From Candidatus Omnitrophota bacterium (lineage in GTDB: Bacteria; CAIJMQ01), in contig JAHJCU010000008.1 of the NCBI GenBank assembly GCA_018812925.1, positions 70,744 to 134,743 on the forward strand: 64,000 bases of DNA, written 5' to 3'. How positions within the stretch are numbered: the first letter of the stretch is position 1; each line of letters starts with the position of its first letter. Of the stretch, positions 9,462 through 17,877 are shown one piece after another. The translations under genes were made by a program, and so were the position numbers. The notes beneath the pieces were generated by a model. It did no database searches. It saw only the letters and a program-made list of their open reading frames with translations, and had not been told where the DNA came from.

Positions 9462-10367
9462 CTATGCTCGTGGATGTGTCTTATCATAAATTTTCTTCAG
9501 TCTTTTTGTGGTCAGATGTGTGTATATTTGTGTCGTTGATAAAGAAGCATGTCCGAGTAATTCCTGCACTGCCCTTAAGTCAGCGCCTCTTTCCAAAAGA
9601 TGAGTTGCGAAACTATGGCGAAAACTATGAGCAGATACATTTCTTTTAATAGCAGCTTCTTTTATATATTGGTGCGCAAATTTTTTTACACTTCCTGCAG
9701 TAAGCCTTCCTCCCCAATTATTTAAAAATAGAGCTTCTTTATTTACGCTTAAATCTTTTCGAAGCGAATCGAAAAACATATTTCTTTTATTAAAGTAAGC
9801 GCTTATTGCTTCAAGAGCTTTATCTCCTATAGGGATTATCCTTTCTTTTCTCCCCTTACCTTTTACCTTTATTGTTCCTCCTACAAAATCTATACTGTCA
9901 ATATTCATACCTGTAAGCTCAGAAACACGTATTCCTGTTGAATACAAGGTTTCTAAAATAGCTCTGTTTCTTATGCTTAAATGGTCACTGCCCGGCAAAG
10001 ACAGAATTGTCTCAATTTCTTCTACACTCATAGGTTCAGGCAATGTGCCTTTCTTTTTTGGGCTTGAAATAAGAGAGCAGGGATTGGAATCGAGCCATTC
10101 ATTCCTAATGGCAAATTTAAAAAATGAACGTAATGTTGCTATTTTCCTGCCTATTGAACTTGAACTATAACCGTCACTATAAAGAGTAGTCAGAAAATCT
10201 CTGATATGCGTAGTTTCAATTCCGCTCAATGTTATAGTCGTATAATGTTCGTTCAAAAACTTATTAAATTGAATAAGGTCGGTTCTATAACTTGTTAAAG
10301 TGTTTTCCGATAAATTTTTTTCTACTTTGAGGAATTTGAGAAACTGTTCTATTTTTTCTTTTTGCAT
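9462..10367 (-). CDS. tyrosine site-specific recombinase, XerC/XerD type
   Basis: 301 aa with an N-terminal SAM-like domain and the catalytic region HSFRHSFATHLLERGADLRAVQELLGHASLSTTQIYTH. Confidence 0.9.
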   Translation of the reverse strand: MQKEKIEQFLKFLKVEKNLSENTLTSYRTDLIQFNKFLNEHYTTITLSGIETTHIRDFLTTLYSDGYSSSSIGRKIATLRSFFKFAIRNEWLDSNPCSLISSPKKKGTLPEPMSVEEIETILSLPGSDHLSIRNRAILETLYSTGIRVSELTGMNIDSIDFVGGTIKVKGKGRKERIIPIGDKALEAISAYFNKRNMFFDSLRKDLSVNKEALFLNNWGGRLTAGSVKKFAHQYIKEAAIKRNVSAHSFRHSFATHLLERGADLRAVQELLGHASLSTTQIYTHLTTKRLKKIYDKTHPRA

Positions 10368-10401
10368 ATTGCTTCTAACCTAATACAACTTACATTCTCT
10401 T

Positions 10402-10869
10402 CTACTGCCAGTTTGCCAAAGCTTTCTGGGCCTCGTTAATAAATTCATCCATTCTTAATGGAGATATTTGAATTAGGAACATTCCCCTTTTGAGTTTCAC
10501 TACAATAGTATTCGTAAAGCTAGTTTGAAGGGTTACTGCCCGAAATGCACAGTTTATAATGGAATAAAAAAATGAAGTTTCCATTATAGAATCTATATTC
10601 TTGTATGGAATATCTTTAGTGAAGCAGTTACACTTAATTCTGATTCTATCTTCCAAAACCGAATATTCTCTTGGAAGCCAAATTACAAAAACTATTGGTA
10701 CAATTAACCAAAGAACTATCCTAAGTATTATATGAGAAGTCAATCCACTCACCCATATCAGAAAAGCCCATCCCACCATCCAGTAGATTCCTGCTCCTAT
10801 ATCCATGCGATTGGGCCTGTCAGAAAATATTACTTTTGTCTCACGCATCATGTCTTTTCTCTCTTCCAT
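10402..10869 (-). CDS. hypothetical membrane protein (two TM helices plus a small soluble domain)
   Basis: The start was set at the Met preceded by GGGGAGG-6 nt. No recognisable catalytic motif. Confidence 0.55.
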   Translation of the reverse strand: MEERKDMMRETKVIFSDRPNRMDIGAGIYWMVGWAFLIWVSGLTSHIILRIVLWLIVPIVFVIWLPREYSVLEDRIRIKCNCFTKDIPYKNIDSIMETSFFYSIINCAFRAVTLQTSFTNTIVVKLKRGMFLIQISPLRMDEFINEAQKALANWQ

Positions 10870-10892
10870 TTTATACCTCCCCCTTTGTTCTT

Positions 10893-12956
10893 TCATTCCT
10901 TGGTTCTTCCGTTTTCTGTATTCTGTTCTCCGTTTTCTGTTGGCTGTTCCTTGTCTTCTGTATTCTGTGTTTTTTCAGACGGCAAATAAGAAGCAATCCA
11001 TCTGCATTGAGGATAGTTACTACATCCGTAGAATACCCTGCCTCTTTTATTTCTCATTTCTACTATTTCGCCGGAACAATTCTGATTTGGACACTTTACG
11101 CCGACTTTTTTCAATATTCGTTTTGTGTATCGGCACGTGGGGAAATTCAAACATGCTATAAACGGTCCGAATCTACCTTCTTTTATCATTAATTTCCCAT
11201 CGCATTCGGGGCATTTCTCGTCGGTAATTATTTCTCTTTCTTTTTTTATATTTTTCATATCCACCGATGCTTTATTCAAAACTGGTTCAAAAGACGTATA
11301 AAAATCTTTCACTATATCCGACCATTTTTTCTTGCCTTCTTCAACCTCATCGAGGCTTTGTTCCATTTCGGAAGTGAATTGTTCGTAAAATATTTTGGGG
11401 AAATTCTCAACAAGCAATTCAACCACAACTATACCAAGTTCCGAAGGATGAAGTGCACCTTTCACGCTTCTTATATAATCCCTGTCTTTAATAGTATTCA
11501 TTATCGGAGCATAAGTCGAAGGACGACCTATACCTTCTTCTTCCAATTTCCTGATAAGCGTTCCTTCACTGTAACGCTGAGGCGGTTGTGTAAATTTCTG
11601 CTCGAGATTAATATCTAATAAATTTACTTTTTCCTGTTCTTTTAAAATAGGCAACACATTTACTTCTTCCTCTTCTTTTTTAAAAAGAACTGTATAGCCA
11701 TCAAACTTTGTTTTTCTACTTTCGGTTGCAAATATATAATCTCCGCCTAATAGTTTTATAGTATTCACTTCTGTTATCTTTTGAGTCATTTGGGAACCTA
11801 AAAATCGGGTGTATATCAGTGTGTATATTTTTAATTGAAAAGGGTCTAAATATTCTTTTATTTTTTCAGGGGAAAGCTCAACATTCGTTGGGCGTATAGC
11901 TTCATGCGCTTCCTGAGCGCCCTTTTTTGCCTTGAATTTGGGGGGAGAAGAAGGAAGATATTCTTTGCCGAAATTTTTAAGTATCAATTCTCTCGCTTTA
12001 TCTTGAGCACTTTTACTAATATTAAAAGAATCTGTTCTCATGTAAGTAATAAGCCCCGTCAACTCATCTCCGACGTTAACACCTTCGTATAATTGCTGCG
12101 CTATTCTCATCGTCCTTTGAGCAGAAAATCTAAATATGCTGTGAGCTTGCTGTTGCAATGAACTTGTAATAAAAGGGGGAGGAGCATTTCTTTTTTCTTC
12201 TCTGGTAGTAATACTTTTTACAATAAAGTTTTGTTTTTCTATATCGGTTTTTATATCAAAAACTTCATCCTTAGGAAATTTTGTAATCTTTTTACCTTTA
12301 AATTCTTTAAGTTGAGAAGAAAATTCTTCATTGTTTTGCGTAGAAAATTTGCCAAGAACCAAATAATATTCTTCCGGAACAAATGCCTGTATTTCTTTTT
12401 CTCTATCCACAACGATTTTCAAAGCAACTGTTTGAACCCTACCCGCAGATAATCCTTTTCTTACTTTTTTCCACAACAAAGGTGAGATTTTATAACCTAC
12501 GAGTCGGTCCAGAACTCTCCTTGCCTTACCCGAATCAACTTTGTTTACATCTATTGCAGTAATATGTTCCAGTGATTCTTTGATAGCAGAAGAAGTAATT
12601 TCGTGAAACAAAATTCTGGAAATATTTTTATTAACAGGGCTTATTTCTTCAGCTAAATGGGCACAGATTGTTTCCCCTTCCCTATCAGCATCAGCCGCAA
12701 GAAGAACTTGTGAATATTTTTTAGCCTCGCTTTTTAGCTCTTTGAGGATTTTCTTTTTTCCTTTGATAACAGTATAAGTGGGTTCAAAATCATGCTCAAC
12801 ATCAACCCCTAATTTGCTATTCGGTAAATTTTTTATATGCCCCATGCTCGCGCTAACTTTATATCCTTTCCCAAGAAAAGATTGAATAGTTCGCGCCTTT
12901 GCAGGAGACTCAACAATTATAAGCGAATCTTTTATAAGCGACTTTTTCTTTGACAT
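10893..12956 (-). CDS. topA: DNA topoisomerase I with C-terminal zinc ribbons and a heptamer-encoded tail
   Basis: TOPRIM start LIIVESPAKARTI, active-site region ITYMRTDS, and Cys4 ribbons (CPECDG..C..C, CPNQNCSG). Confidence 0.95.
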   Translation of the reverse strand: MSKKKSLIKDSLIIVESPAKARTIQSFLGKGYKVSASMGHIKNLPNSKLGVDVEHDFEPTYTVIKGKKKILKELKSEAKKYSQVLLAADADREGETICAHLAEEISPVNKNISRILFHEITSSAIKESLEHITAIDVNKVDSGKARRVLDRLVGYKISPLLWKKVRKGLSAGRVQTVALKIVVDREKEIQAFVPEEYYLVLGKFSTQNNEEFSSQLKEFKGKKITKFPKDEVFDIKTDIEKQNFIVKSITTREEKRNAPPPFITSSLQQQAHSIFRFSAQRTMRIAQQLYEGVNVGDELTGLITYMRTDSFNISKSAQDKARELILKNFGKEYLPSSPPKFKAKKGAQEAHEAIRPTNVELSPEKIKEYLDPFQLKIYTLIYTRFLGSQMTQKITEVNTIKLLGGDYIFATESRKTKFDGYTVLFKKEEEEVNVLPILKEQEKVNLLDINLEQKFTQPPQRYSEGTLIRKLEEEGIGRPSTYAPIMNTIKDRDYIRSVKGALHPSELGIVVVELLVENFPKIFYEQFTSEMEQSLDEVEEGKKKWSDIVKDFYTSFEPVLNKASVDMKNIKKEREIITDEKCPECDGKLMIKEGRFGPFIACLNFPTCRYTKRILKKVGVKCPNQNCSGEIVEMRNKRGRVFYGCSNYPQCRWIASYLPSEKTQNTEDKEQPTENGEQNTENGRTKE
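10906..10975 (-). repeat. 10 tandem degenerate heptamers (sense ACAGAAN) encoding the topA C-terminal tail
   Basis: Plus strand reads cttccgt tttctgt attctgt tctccgt tttctgt tggctgt tccttgt cttctgt attctgt gtttttt. The encoded tail is KTQNTEDKEQPTENGEQNTENGRTKE. Confidence 0.85.
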
Positions 12957-12969
12957 AAGTTTTTCACCT

Positions 12970-13680
12970 CTATATTGTTACTGCTTCTTCCAATTTTATT
13001 CTACCTTCATACAACGCCTTACCTATTATAATCCCTTCAATTCCTTTTATAACTGAAAGATGTTTTATATCCTCCAAAAAAGAAACTCCACCTGCTACTA
13101 TAATAGGAACGGGACTTATTTTGCAAATTTTAGTAAAGAATTCAACATTCACACCTTCAAGCATTCCATCTTGTTGAATATCGGTAACTATCAAGGAAGA
13201 CACCTTCATTTCGCCAAGTTTTGTAATAAATGAAAAAACATCTAAAGATGAACTTTCTTCCCATCCCTTAACATATATCTTCTCGTTTTTAATATCGACC
13301 GAAACAATAATTTTATCAGGGAAAGAAGACATGATTTCTTTTAAAAATTTTTCATCTAAAAGCGCGTTTGTTCCCAATACAAGCCATCTTGCTCCACAGT
13401 CCAAAACTTTTCGAGCCATACAAAAACTTCTTATCCCGCCCCCTAACTGCACAGGGATTTTAAGTTCTTCAGTTATTTTTTTTACAGCATCTAAATTCTT
13501 GCATTCTCCAGTTTTGGCTCCGTCAAGGTCTACTATATGTATTCTTTTCGCTCCTTTTTCCTGCCAATCTTTAGCAACTGCAACCGGGTCATCGGAATAA
13601 ATTTTGCTTGTAGTGAAATCTCCTTTAGTAAGTCTCACTACTTTGCCATCCATTAAATCTATAGCAGGAATTATTAACAT
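12970..13680 (-). CDS. hisA: ProFAR isomerase (histidine biosynthesis)
   Basis: MLIIPAIDLMDGKVVRL start, with DLDGA and GG motifs typical of HisA. Confidence 0.9.
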   Translation of the reverse strand: MLIIPAIDLMDGKVVRLTKGDFTTSKIYSDDPVAVAKDWQEKGAKRIHIVDLDGAKTGECKNLDAVKKITEELKIPVQLGGGIRSFCMARKVLDCGARWLVLGTNALLDEKFLKEIMSSFPDKIIVSVDIKNEKIYVKGWEESSSLDVFSFITKLGEMKVSSLIVTDIQQDGMLEGVNVEFFTKICKISPVPIIVAGGVSFLEDIKHLSVIKGIEGIIIGKALYEGRIKLEEAVTI

Positions 13681-13698
13681 AATTTCATTAAAGATTTA

Positions 13699-13802
13699 AT
13701 AGAAATATAATTGAAATACATAGAAATATATTGATATATATTGTCTTTCTTCACATTTCTATTTATTTCCACCGCATTTCTACCATATTTCTACTGTATT
13801 TT
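13699..13802. repeat. inverted arrays of an 11-nt-period word (TAGAAATA x3 / ATTTCTA x4-5) between hisB and hisA
   Basis: GAAATA recurs every 11 nt on the left arm. ATTTC recurs every 10-11 nt on the right arm. Confidence 0.75.
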
Positions 13803-13807
13803 AATTT

Positions 13808-14407
13808 TTATAGTGTTCCTTTAGTAGAAGGTATGCCTTTGGTTCTTGGATCTATTCTTGTAGCTTCATCCAAAGCTTTTCCCAATCCTTTAAAAATTGA
13901 TTCTGAAATATGATGAAAATCTTCCCCTTTTAAAATAGAAATATGTAAATTTAATCCGCCTCGCTGTGCAAAACTTTGCAAGAAATGTTTTAAATTCGGT
14001 CCGTCATATTTATCTTTTTCTAAAGGAGCAGGAAATTCTATTTTTTCGGAATCAAGATAAAATGAAGCCCTGCCACTAATATCAACAGCTACTCTAGTCA
14101 AAGCTTCGTCCATGGGAACAAAGGAAGAGCCAAATCTTTTAATCCCTTCCTTATTATTTAATGCTTCTGATAACGCATCTCCAAGACATAACCCTATATC
14201 TTCATTTGTATGATGTATGTCTACGTCTAAATCGCCACCGGCTTTCAATTCTAAATCAAAAAGTCCGTGTTTTGAAAAAAGTGTAAGCATGTGGTCTAAA
14301 AAAGGGATACCTGTAGAAATTTCAGATTTGCCTTCACCATCAATATTTAAAACAAGCGCGATTTTTGTTTCTTTTGTTTCTCTTTCTATTCTACCTATTC
14401 TTGCCAT
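13808..14407 (-). CDS. hisB: imidazoleglycerol-phosphate dehydratase
   Basis: ARIGRIERETKETKI and DIHHTNEDIG motifs. The start was set at the ATG preceded by GGAGGAG (the ORF extends to a TTG at 14443). Confidence 0.9.
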   Translation of the reverse strand: MARIGRIERETKETKIALVLNIDGEGKSEISTGIPFLDHMLTLFSKHGLFDLELKAGGDLDVDIHHTNEDIGLCLGDALSEALNNKEGIKRFGSSFVPMDEALTRVAVDISGRASFYLDSEKIEFPAPLEKDKYDGPNLKHFLQSFAQRGGLNLHISILKGEDFHHISESIFKGLGKALDEATRIDPRTKGIPSTKGTL

Positions 14408-14524
14408 TTCTCCTCCATTATCATCTACTGATTTTTTTATCAATTCCTATTTATCCCCAGAGAATCGGAGATTTTCGGGGACTTAATCCTCGGAATTTTC
14501 TCGAAATTCCAGAGGGCCAATTGC

Positions 14525-14550
14525 AAATTACAACTTACGAATTACTAATT
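14525..14550. repeat. TTAC/GTAA heptamer array abutting the tRNA-Pro 3' end
   Basis: aaattac aacttac gaattac taatt. Confidence 0.6.
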
Positions 14551-14551
14551 T

Positions 14552-14629
14552 TGGTCGGGGTGAGTGGATTCGAACCACCGACCTCTACGTCCCGAACGTA
14601 GCGCTCTAACCAAGCTAAGCCACACCCCG
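14552..14629 (-). tRNA. tRNA-Pro (CGG), CCA encoded
   Basis: Hand-folded: CGGGGTG acceptor, anticodon loop TTCGGGA, T-loop TTCGAAT, 3' ACCA. Confidence 0.93.
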
Positions 14630-14836
14630 TAGAAAAATTAAATATCAAATATCAAAAATCAAAAATAAACTAACAAAAATACTCGCAAAGCTAAACTCTC
14701 TTTTCTTTAATCTCTGTAATCTTTCTTTGAAATCCATGTAATCAGTGTTCCAATTATAGAAGTTTATTGTTTGCTTCTCAACTATATGAATTATGGGTTG
14801 ACTAAAGATAAAGAGATTTGATATAAGAATCTCAAG

Positions 14837-15166
14837 ATGAAAAATTTTTCTTTTATAATTATTTTTATTACAACCCCCACAGAAAAAGAGGCCCAAAAAA
14901 TATCTGATAAATTATTAAAAGAAAAATTAGTGGCTTGTGTAAGTATTGTTAAAAAAGTAAATTCTTTCTTCTGGTGGAAAAATAAAATTGAATTTGCAAA
15001 TGAAATTCTTCTTACGGCAAAAACAGATTTAAAATTTTTCAACGACATTGTAAGAATAGTTAAACAGCTTCACAGCTACGAGGTTCCAGAAATAATTGCT
15101 CTGCCTATAATTGATGGAAGCAAAGATTATTTAGAATGGATAAAAAAAAGTATAAAAAAAAATTGA
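14837..15166 (+). CDS. cutA: divalent-cation tolerance protein CutA
   Basis: 109 aa with ITTPTEKEAQKIS..KLVACVSI..WWKNKIE..YEVPEII, the CutA1 pattern. Confidence 0.85.
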   Translation: MKNFSFIIIFITTPTEKEAQKISDKLLKEKLVACVSIVKKVNSFFWWKNKIEFANEILLTAKTDLKFFNDIVRIVKQLHSYEVPEIIALPIIDGSKDYLEWIKKSIKKN

Positions 15167-15183
15167 TTTTTTTAAAATAATCA

Positions 15184-15212
15184 TTGAATAAATATTTTAA
15201 ATCATTCATAAT
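15184..15212 (+). promoter_or_regulatory. sigma70-like promoter TTGAAT-17-CATAAT upstream of the polybasic micro-ORF
   Basis: Hexamers at 15184-15189 and 15207-15212 with a 17-nt spacer. Confidence 0.45.
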
Positions 15213-15241
15213 GTAAATTATAGAAGGAGGTGATTAAAATA

Positions 15242-15322
15242 ATGGCAAAGAAAAAAGCTAAAAAGAAAGTAGCTAAAAGGAAACCAGCCAAAAAGAAAAA
15301 GACAACTAAGAAGAAAAGATAA
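15242..15322 (+). CDS. 26-aa polybasic micro-protein (MAKKKAKKKVAKRKPAKKKKTTKKKR)
   Basis: ATG 11 nt after AGGAGG (15225-15230), with its own promoter-like hexamers. Too short for the ORF track. Confidence 0.4.
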   Translation: MAKKKAKKKVAKRKPAKKKKTTKKKR

Positions 15323-15469
15323 GGCTGATACAAATAGATAAGTGAATAATTTTTATGTTATTCCAAATTGGGGCTGGATTTAATTTAAATCTTCAAATGT
15401 TTTGCAAAACGAATTAGGTCCAGCCCTAAATATTCAATCCCTCAAAAACTGCGCAGAAAAACACACGAA

Positions 15470-16843
15470 ATGCTCAAAAAATTTTTTAAACAAGATAAAG
15501 ATATTACAACAGGACCTATTCTGCCAAAAATGCTTTCTCTTACCGGTCCTCTGATGGTAACAGCCATTCTCAATTCTACGCTCAATTTAATCGATATGTT
15601 CTGGGTCGGAAAACTCGGCAGCGATTCCATAGCAGCGGTAGCCATAGGCGGAACTATTATGATGGTTGTTTTTGCAACACTTATAGGCATAACCAGAGGA
15701 ACCATTGCGCTTGTTGCCCGATATGTGGGAGCAAAAGATGCAAAAAATGCGGACGCCGTCGCAAGCCAATCCATAATGCTGGGTTTAATTATAGCTTTGG
15801 CTACAATATTAGTCGGGCTTTTATTTACGGATAAACTATTTCTGATATTAGGCGCAAGTCCGGAAGTTTTAAAAATCGGCAGTTCATATCTTAAGATAAT
15901 TCTCATAGGCGGAATAACAATGGTTTTGCTATCCTTCGGAAACTCCATACTACAAGCAGAGGGAGATACGGTAACACCTATGAAATTCATGTTTCTTTCA
16001 AATATTATCAACATTATATTAGACCCCATATTCATATTCGGATTGGGCGTTCCAAGAATGAACACATCAGGCGCCGCTTTGGCAACAGTGCTGTCTCAAG
16101 CTGTGCCCGCTTTTTTAGTGCTTCTTTTACTTTCTAAAAGACGCTCCAAAGTTCATATACACATTTCACAGTTTAAAATTAAACTGACATTTTTAAAAGA
16201 AATGCTCAAAATAGGACTGCCTGCTTCATTGCAGATGTTTTTCAGAAGTATAATGGGCTTAGTTCTAATGGGTATTGTCGCAAGTTTTGGAACAGCGGCT
16301 ATTGCCGCTTATGGAATCGGCATGAGACTACAAATGCTTGTTCTTATGCCGGCCTTTGCCTTTGGCGGCGCCGCCGCTACCCTGGCAGGACAAAACTTGG
16401 GCGCCAAACAGCCCAAAAGAGCCCAAAGAAGCGCATGGACAGCAACAACTCTCGATATGTTTCTAATGATTTTAGTAGCCATTCTATTCTTTATTTTTGC
16501 TCCGCAAATTGTCGGATTTTTTATAAAAGATAAAAATGTAATTTCTATTGGAACTCAATTTTTAAGAATAACCGCGCCTTTCTATTTATTTATTCCGCTG
16601 GGTGTTGTGCTTGGACAATCATTAGCCGGCGCAGGAGATACAATAACGCCGATGTTTATCACATTGTTGTCGCTTTGGGGATTTCAGATACCTATGGCAA
16701 TATATCTTTCCCAAGCAACTATGTGGGGAATTAACGGCATTTGGTGGACAAACGCTTTTGCTTCAGTTCTGCACGGACTTCTCATAATGGGTTGGTTTAC
16801 AACAGGAAGATGGAAGAAAAGAATAATATCTTCTATAGTATAG
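15470..16843 (+). CDS. MATE family efflux transporter
   Basis: 457 aa, about 12 TM helices, with the two-fold repeat pattern typical of NorM/DinF-type MATE pumps. Confidence 0.88.
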   Translation: MLKKFFKQDKDITTGPILPKMLSLTGPLMVTAILNSTLNLIDMFWVGKLGSDSIAAVAIGGTIMMVVFATLIGITRGTIALVARYVGAKDAKNADAVASQSIMLGLIIALATILVGLLFTDKLFLILGASPEVLKIGSSYLKIILIGGITMVLLSFGNSILQAEGDTVTPMKFMFLSNIINIILDPIFIFGLGVPRMNTSGAALATVLSQAVPAFLVLLLLSKRRSKVHIHISQFKIKLTFLKEMLKIGLPASLQMFFRSIMGLVLMGIVASFGTAAIAAYGIGMRLQMLVLMPAFAFGGAAATLAGQNLGAKQPKRAQRSAWTATTLDMFLMILVAILFFIFAPQIVGFFIKDKNVISIGTQFLRITAPFYLFIPLGVVLGQSLAGAGDTITPMFITLLSLWGFQIPMAIYLSQATMWGINGIWWTNAFASVLHGLLIMGWFTTGRWKKRIISSIV

Positions 16844-16915
16844 ATATACAATAGATATATATGAAAACATAGTAGATATAAATGGATATATATAGAAATA
16901 CGTAGTAAAAACAGG
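16844..16915. repeat. 11-nt-period TAGATATA word array after the MATE gene
   Basis: tagatata recurs at 11- and 22-nt spacing. Confidence 0.6.
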
Positions 16916-16933
16916 CAAAAGGTAACGGTAACG

Positions 16934-16958
16934 CCCGCCTGCTTGCGAAGCGGGCAGG
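16934..16958. repeat. GC-rich palindromic element copy (CCCGCCTG-CTTGCGAAG-CGGGCAGG)
   Basis: Its reverse complement is nearly identical to the intragenic copy at 18059-18082. Confidence 0.85.
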
Positions 16959-16960
16959 AA

Positions 16961-17070
16961 GCCCGTATCGGTTAATTTACGTAACCCGTAACTCGTAATT
17001 GGTAATTTTTAAAATTACGGATTACGATTTACAGATTACCGATTACGAAAAAATGGGCATCGTAACCTTA
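16961..17070. repeat. GTAA/TTAC heptamer-periodic inverted array (long imperfect hairpin)
   Basis: cgtaacc cgtaact cgtaatt ggtaatt ttt aaaattac ggattac gatttac agattac cgattac. Confidence 0.8.
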
Positions 17071-17100
17071 ACCGTAACCTATTTAAATGGAGGTTTCATT

Positions 17101-17613
17101 ATGAACGTATATGAAGCAATAAATAAAAGAAGAAGTGTTCGTGCTTATCAAGATAAGCCGATACCTGAAAATATCTTAACAAAAATTTTAGACGCCGCAA
17201 GAATAGCTCCCTCTGCCAAAAACAGACAACAATTCAAACTTATAGTTGTCAAAGATAGCCAAACGCGGAAGAAACTGGTAGAAGCGGCTAACAATCAACA
17301 ATTTGTTGGGGAAGCTCCTGTAGTAATCGCTGCCGTTGGCCTTACGCCAAACGATAAAATGCGCTGTGATATTCCTACCGACCCGGTAGACGTTGCTATA
17401 GTCATGGACCATATAACTCTTGCAGCGGTAGAAGAAGGTTTGGGAACATGCTGGATTGGTTCATTCTATCAGGACAAGGTGCGTGAAATTTTAGGAATTC
17501 CTTCTTCTTGTAAAGTTGTTGAACTTCTCACATTGGGATACCCGTCAGATTCACCAAAACCCAAATCCCGAAAATCTTTAGACGAGATAGTTTGTTATGA
17601 AAAATTTTGTTAA
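17101..17613 (+). CDS. nitroreductase family protein
   Basis: MNVYEAINKRRSVRAY start and an ARIAPSAKNRQ motif. The ATG follows GGAGG. The upstream ORF extension is just translated heptamer repeat. Confidence 0.85.
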   Translation: MNVYEAINKRRSVRAYQDKPIPENILTKILDAARIAPSAKNRQQFKLIVVKDSQTRKKLVEAANNQQFVGEAPVVIAAVGLTPNDKMRCDIPTDPVDVAIVMDHITLAAVEEGLGTCWIGSFYQDKVREILGIPSSCKVVELLTLGYPSDSPKPKSRKSLDEIVCYEKFC

Positions 17614-17696
17614 AGCGAGTTATAATCAAATATCGTCTTTAGTCGTTGCGAGATAGATTCCTCTCCCTTGTTCTTGTGAGCAAATATAGTGAGTAC

Positions 17697-17715
17697 GGCA
17701 ATCTATGAGATTGCC
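17697..17715. repeat. perfect 8-bp hairpin GGCAATCT-ATG-AGATTGCC
   Basis: Read directly. The stem resembles hairpin 3 of the 65-nt element. Confidence 0.7.
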
Positions 17716-17747
17716 TGTCCGCTTCTTGCAGAAACAAGCAGGCGGAC
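17714..17747. repeat. GC-rich palindromic element copy with a long loop (CCTGTCCG-N18-CAGGCGGAC)
   Basis: Arms match the family consensus with 1-2 changes. Confidence 0.7.
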
Positions 17748-17767
17748 TTCGTCGTTTTCACTCCTCG

Positions 17768-17832
17768 CCCCTAGAAATTGCGAATGCAATTTCAGGGACC
17801 AAAGTCCCGGAAATCCTATGGATTTCATGGGG
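17768..17832 (-). repeat. 65-nt three-hairpin element, copy 3 (divergent)
   Basis: Minus-strand read: CCCC AT [GAAATCC ATA GGATTTC] C [GGGAC TTTG GTCCC] T [GAAATTGC ATTC GCAATTTC] TA GGGG. Lies 46 nt after the uvrC stop. Confidence 0.8.
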
Positions 17833-17877
17833 CAATGACAAAAGAAGACAGGAATACCTATTTTGGGCTTTTGTTCG

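Noticed and set aside
8456-10367. tRNA-Phe/tRNA-Arg plus a tyrosine recombinase as the edge of an integrated element
   Set aside because: The recombinase has the XerC/XerD-type catalytic region and size. I found no direct repeat of a tRNA 3' end. The neighbours (HAD hydrolase, topA, his genes) are housekeeping.
15442-16065. 207-aa minus-strand ORF inside the MATE gene. Similar antisense ORFs lie at 33081-33512, 45723-46247, 52154-52693 and 42238-42708.
   Set aside because: All lie antisense to well-supported conserved genes (MATE, proA, cysE, groEL, mutS). They have no RBS or recognisable domains.
16961-17070. Possibility that the short-period repeats are a CRISPR array
   Set aside because: The repeat unit is only 7 nt, degenerate and contiguous, with no spacers and no cas genes. 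The two halves are complementary, so they form hairpin arms, not direct repeats separated by unique sequence.
16999-17100. N-terminal extension of the nitroreductase ORF (MVIFKITDYDLQITDYEK...)
   Set aside because: The extension is just the TTAC heptamer repeat read in frame (ITDY repeats). A proper ATG with a GGAGG RBS sits at 17101, where similarity to nitroreductases begins.
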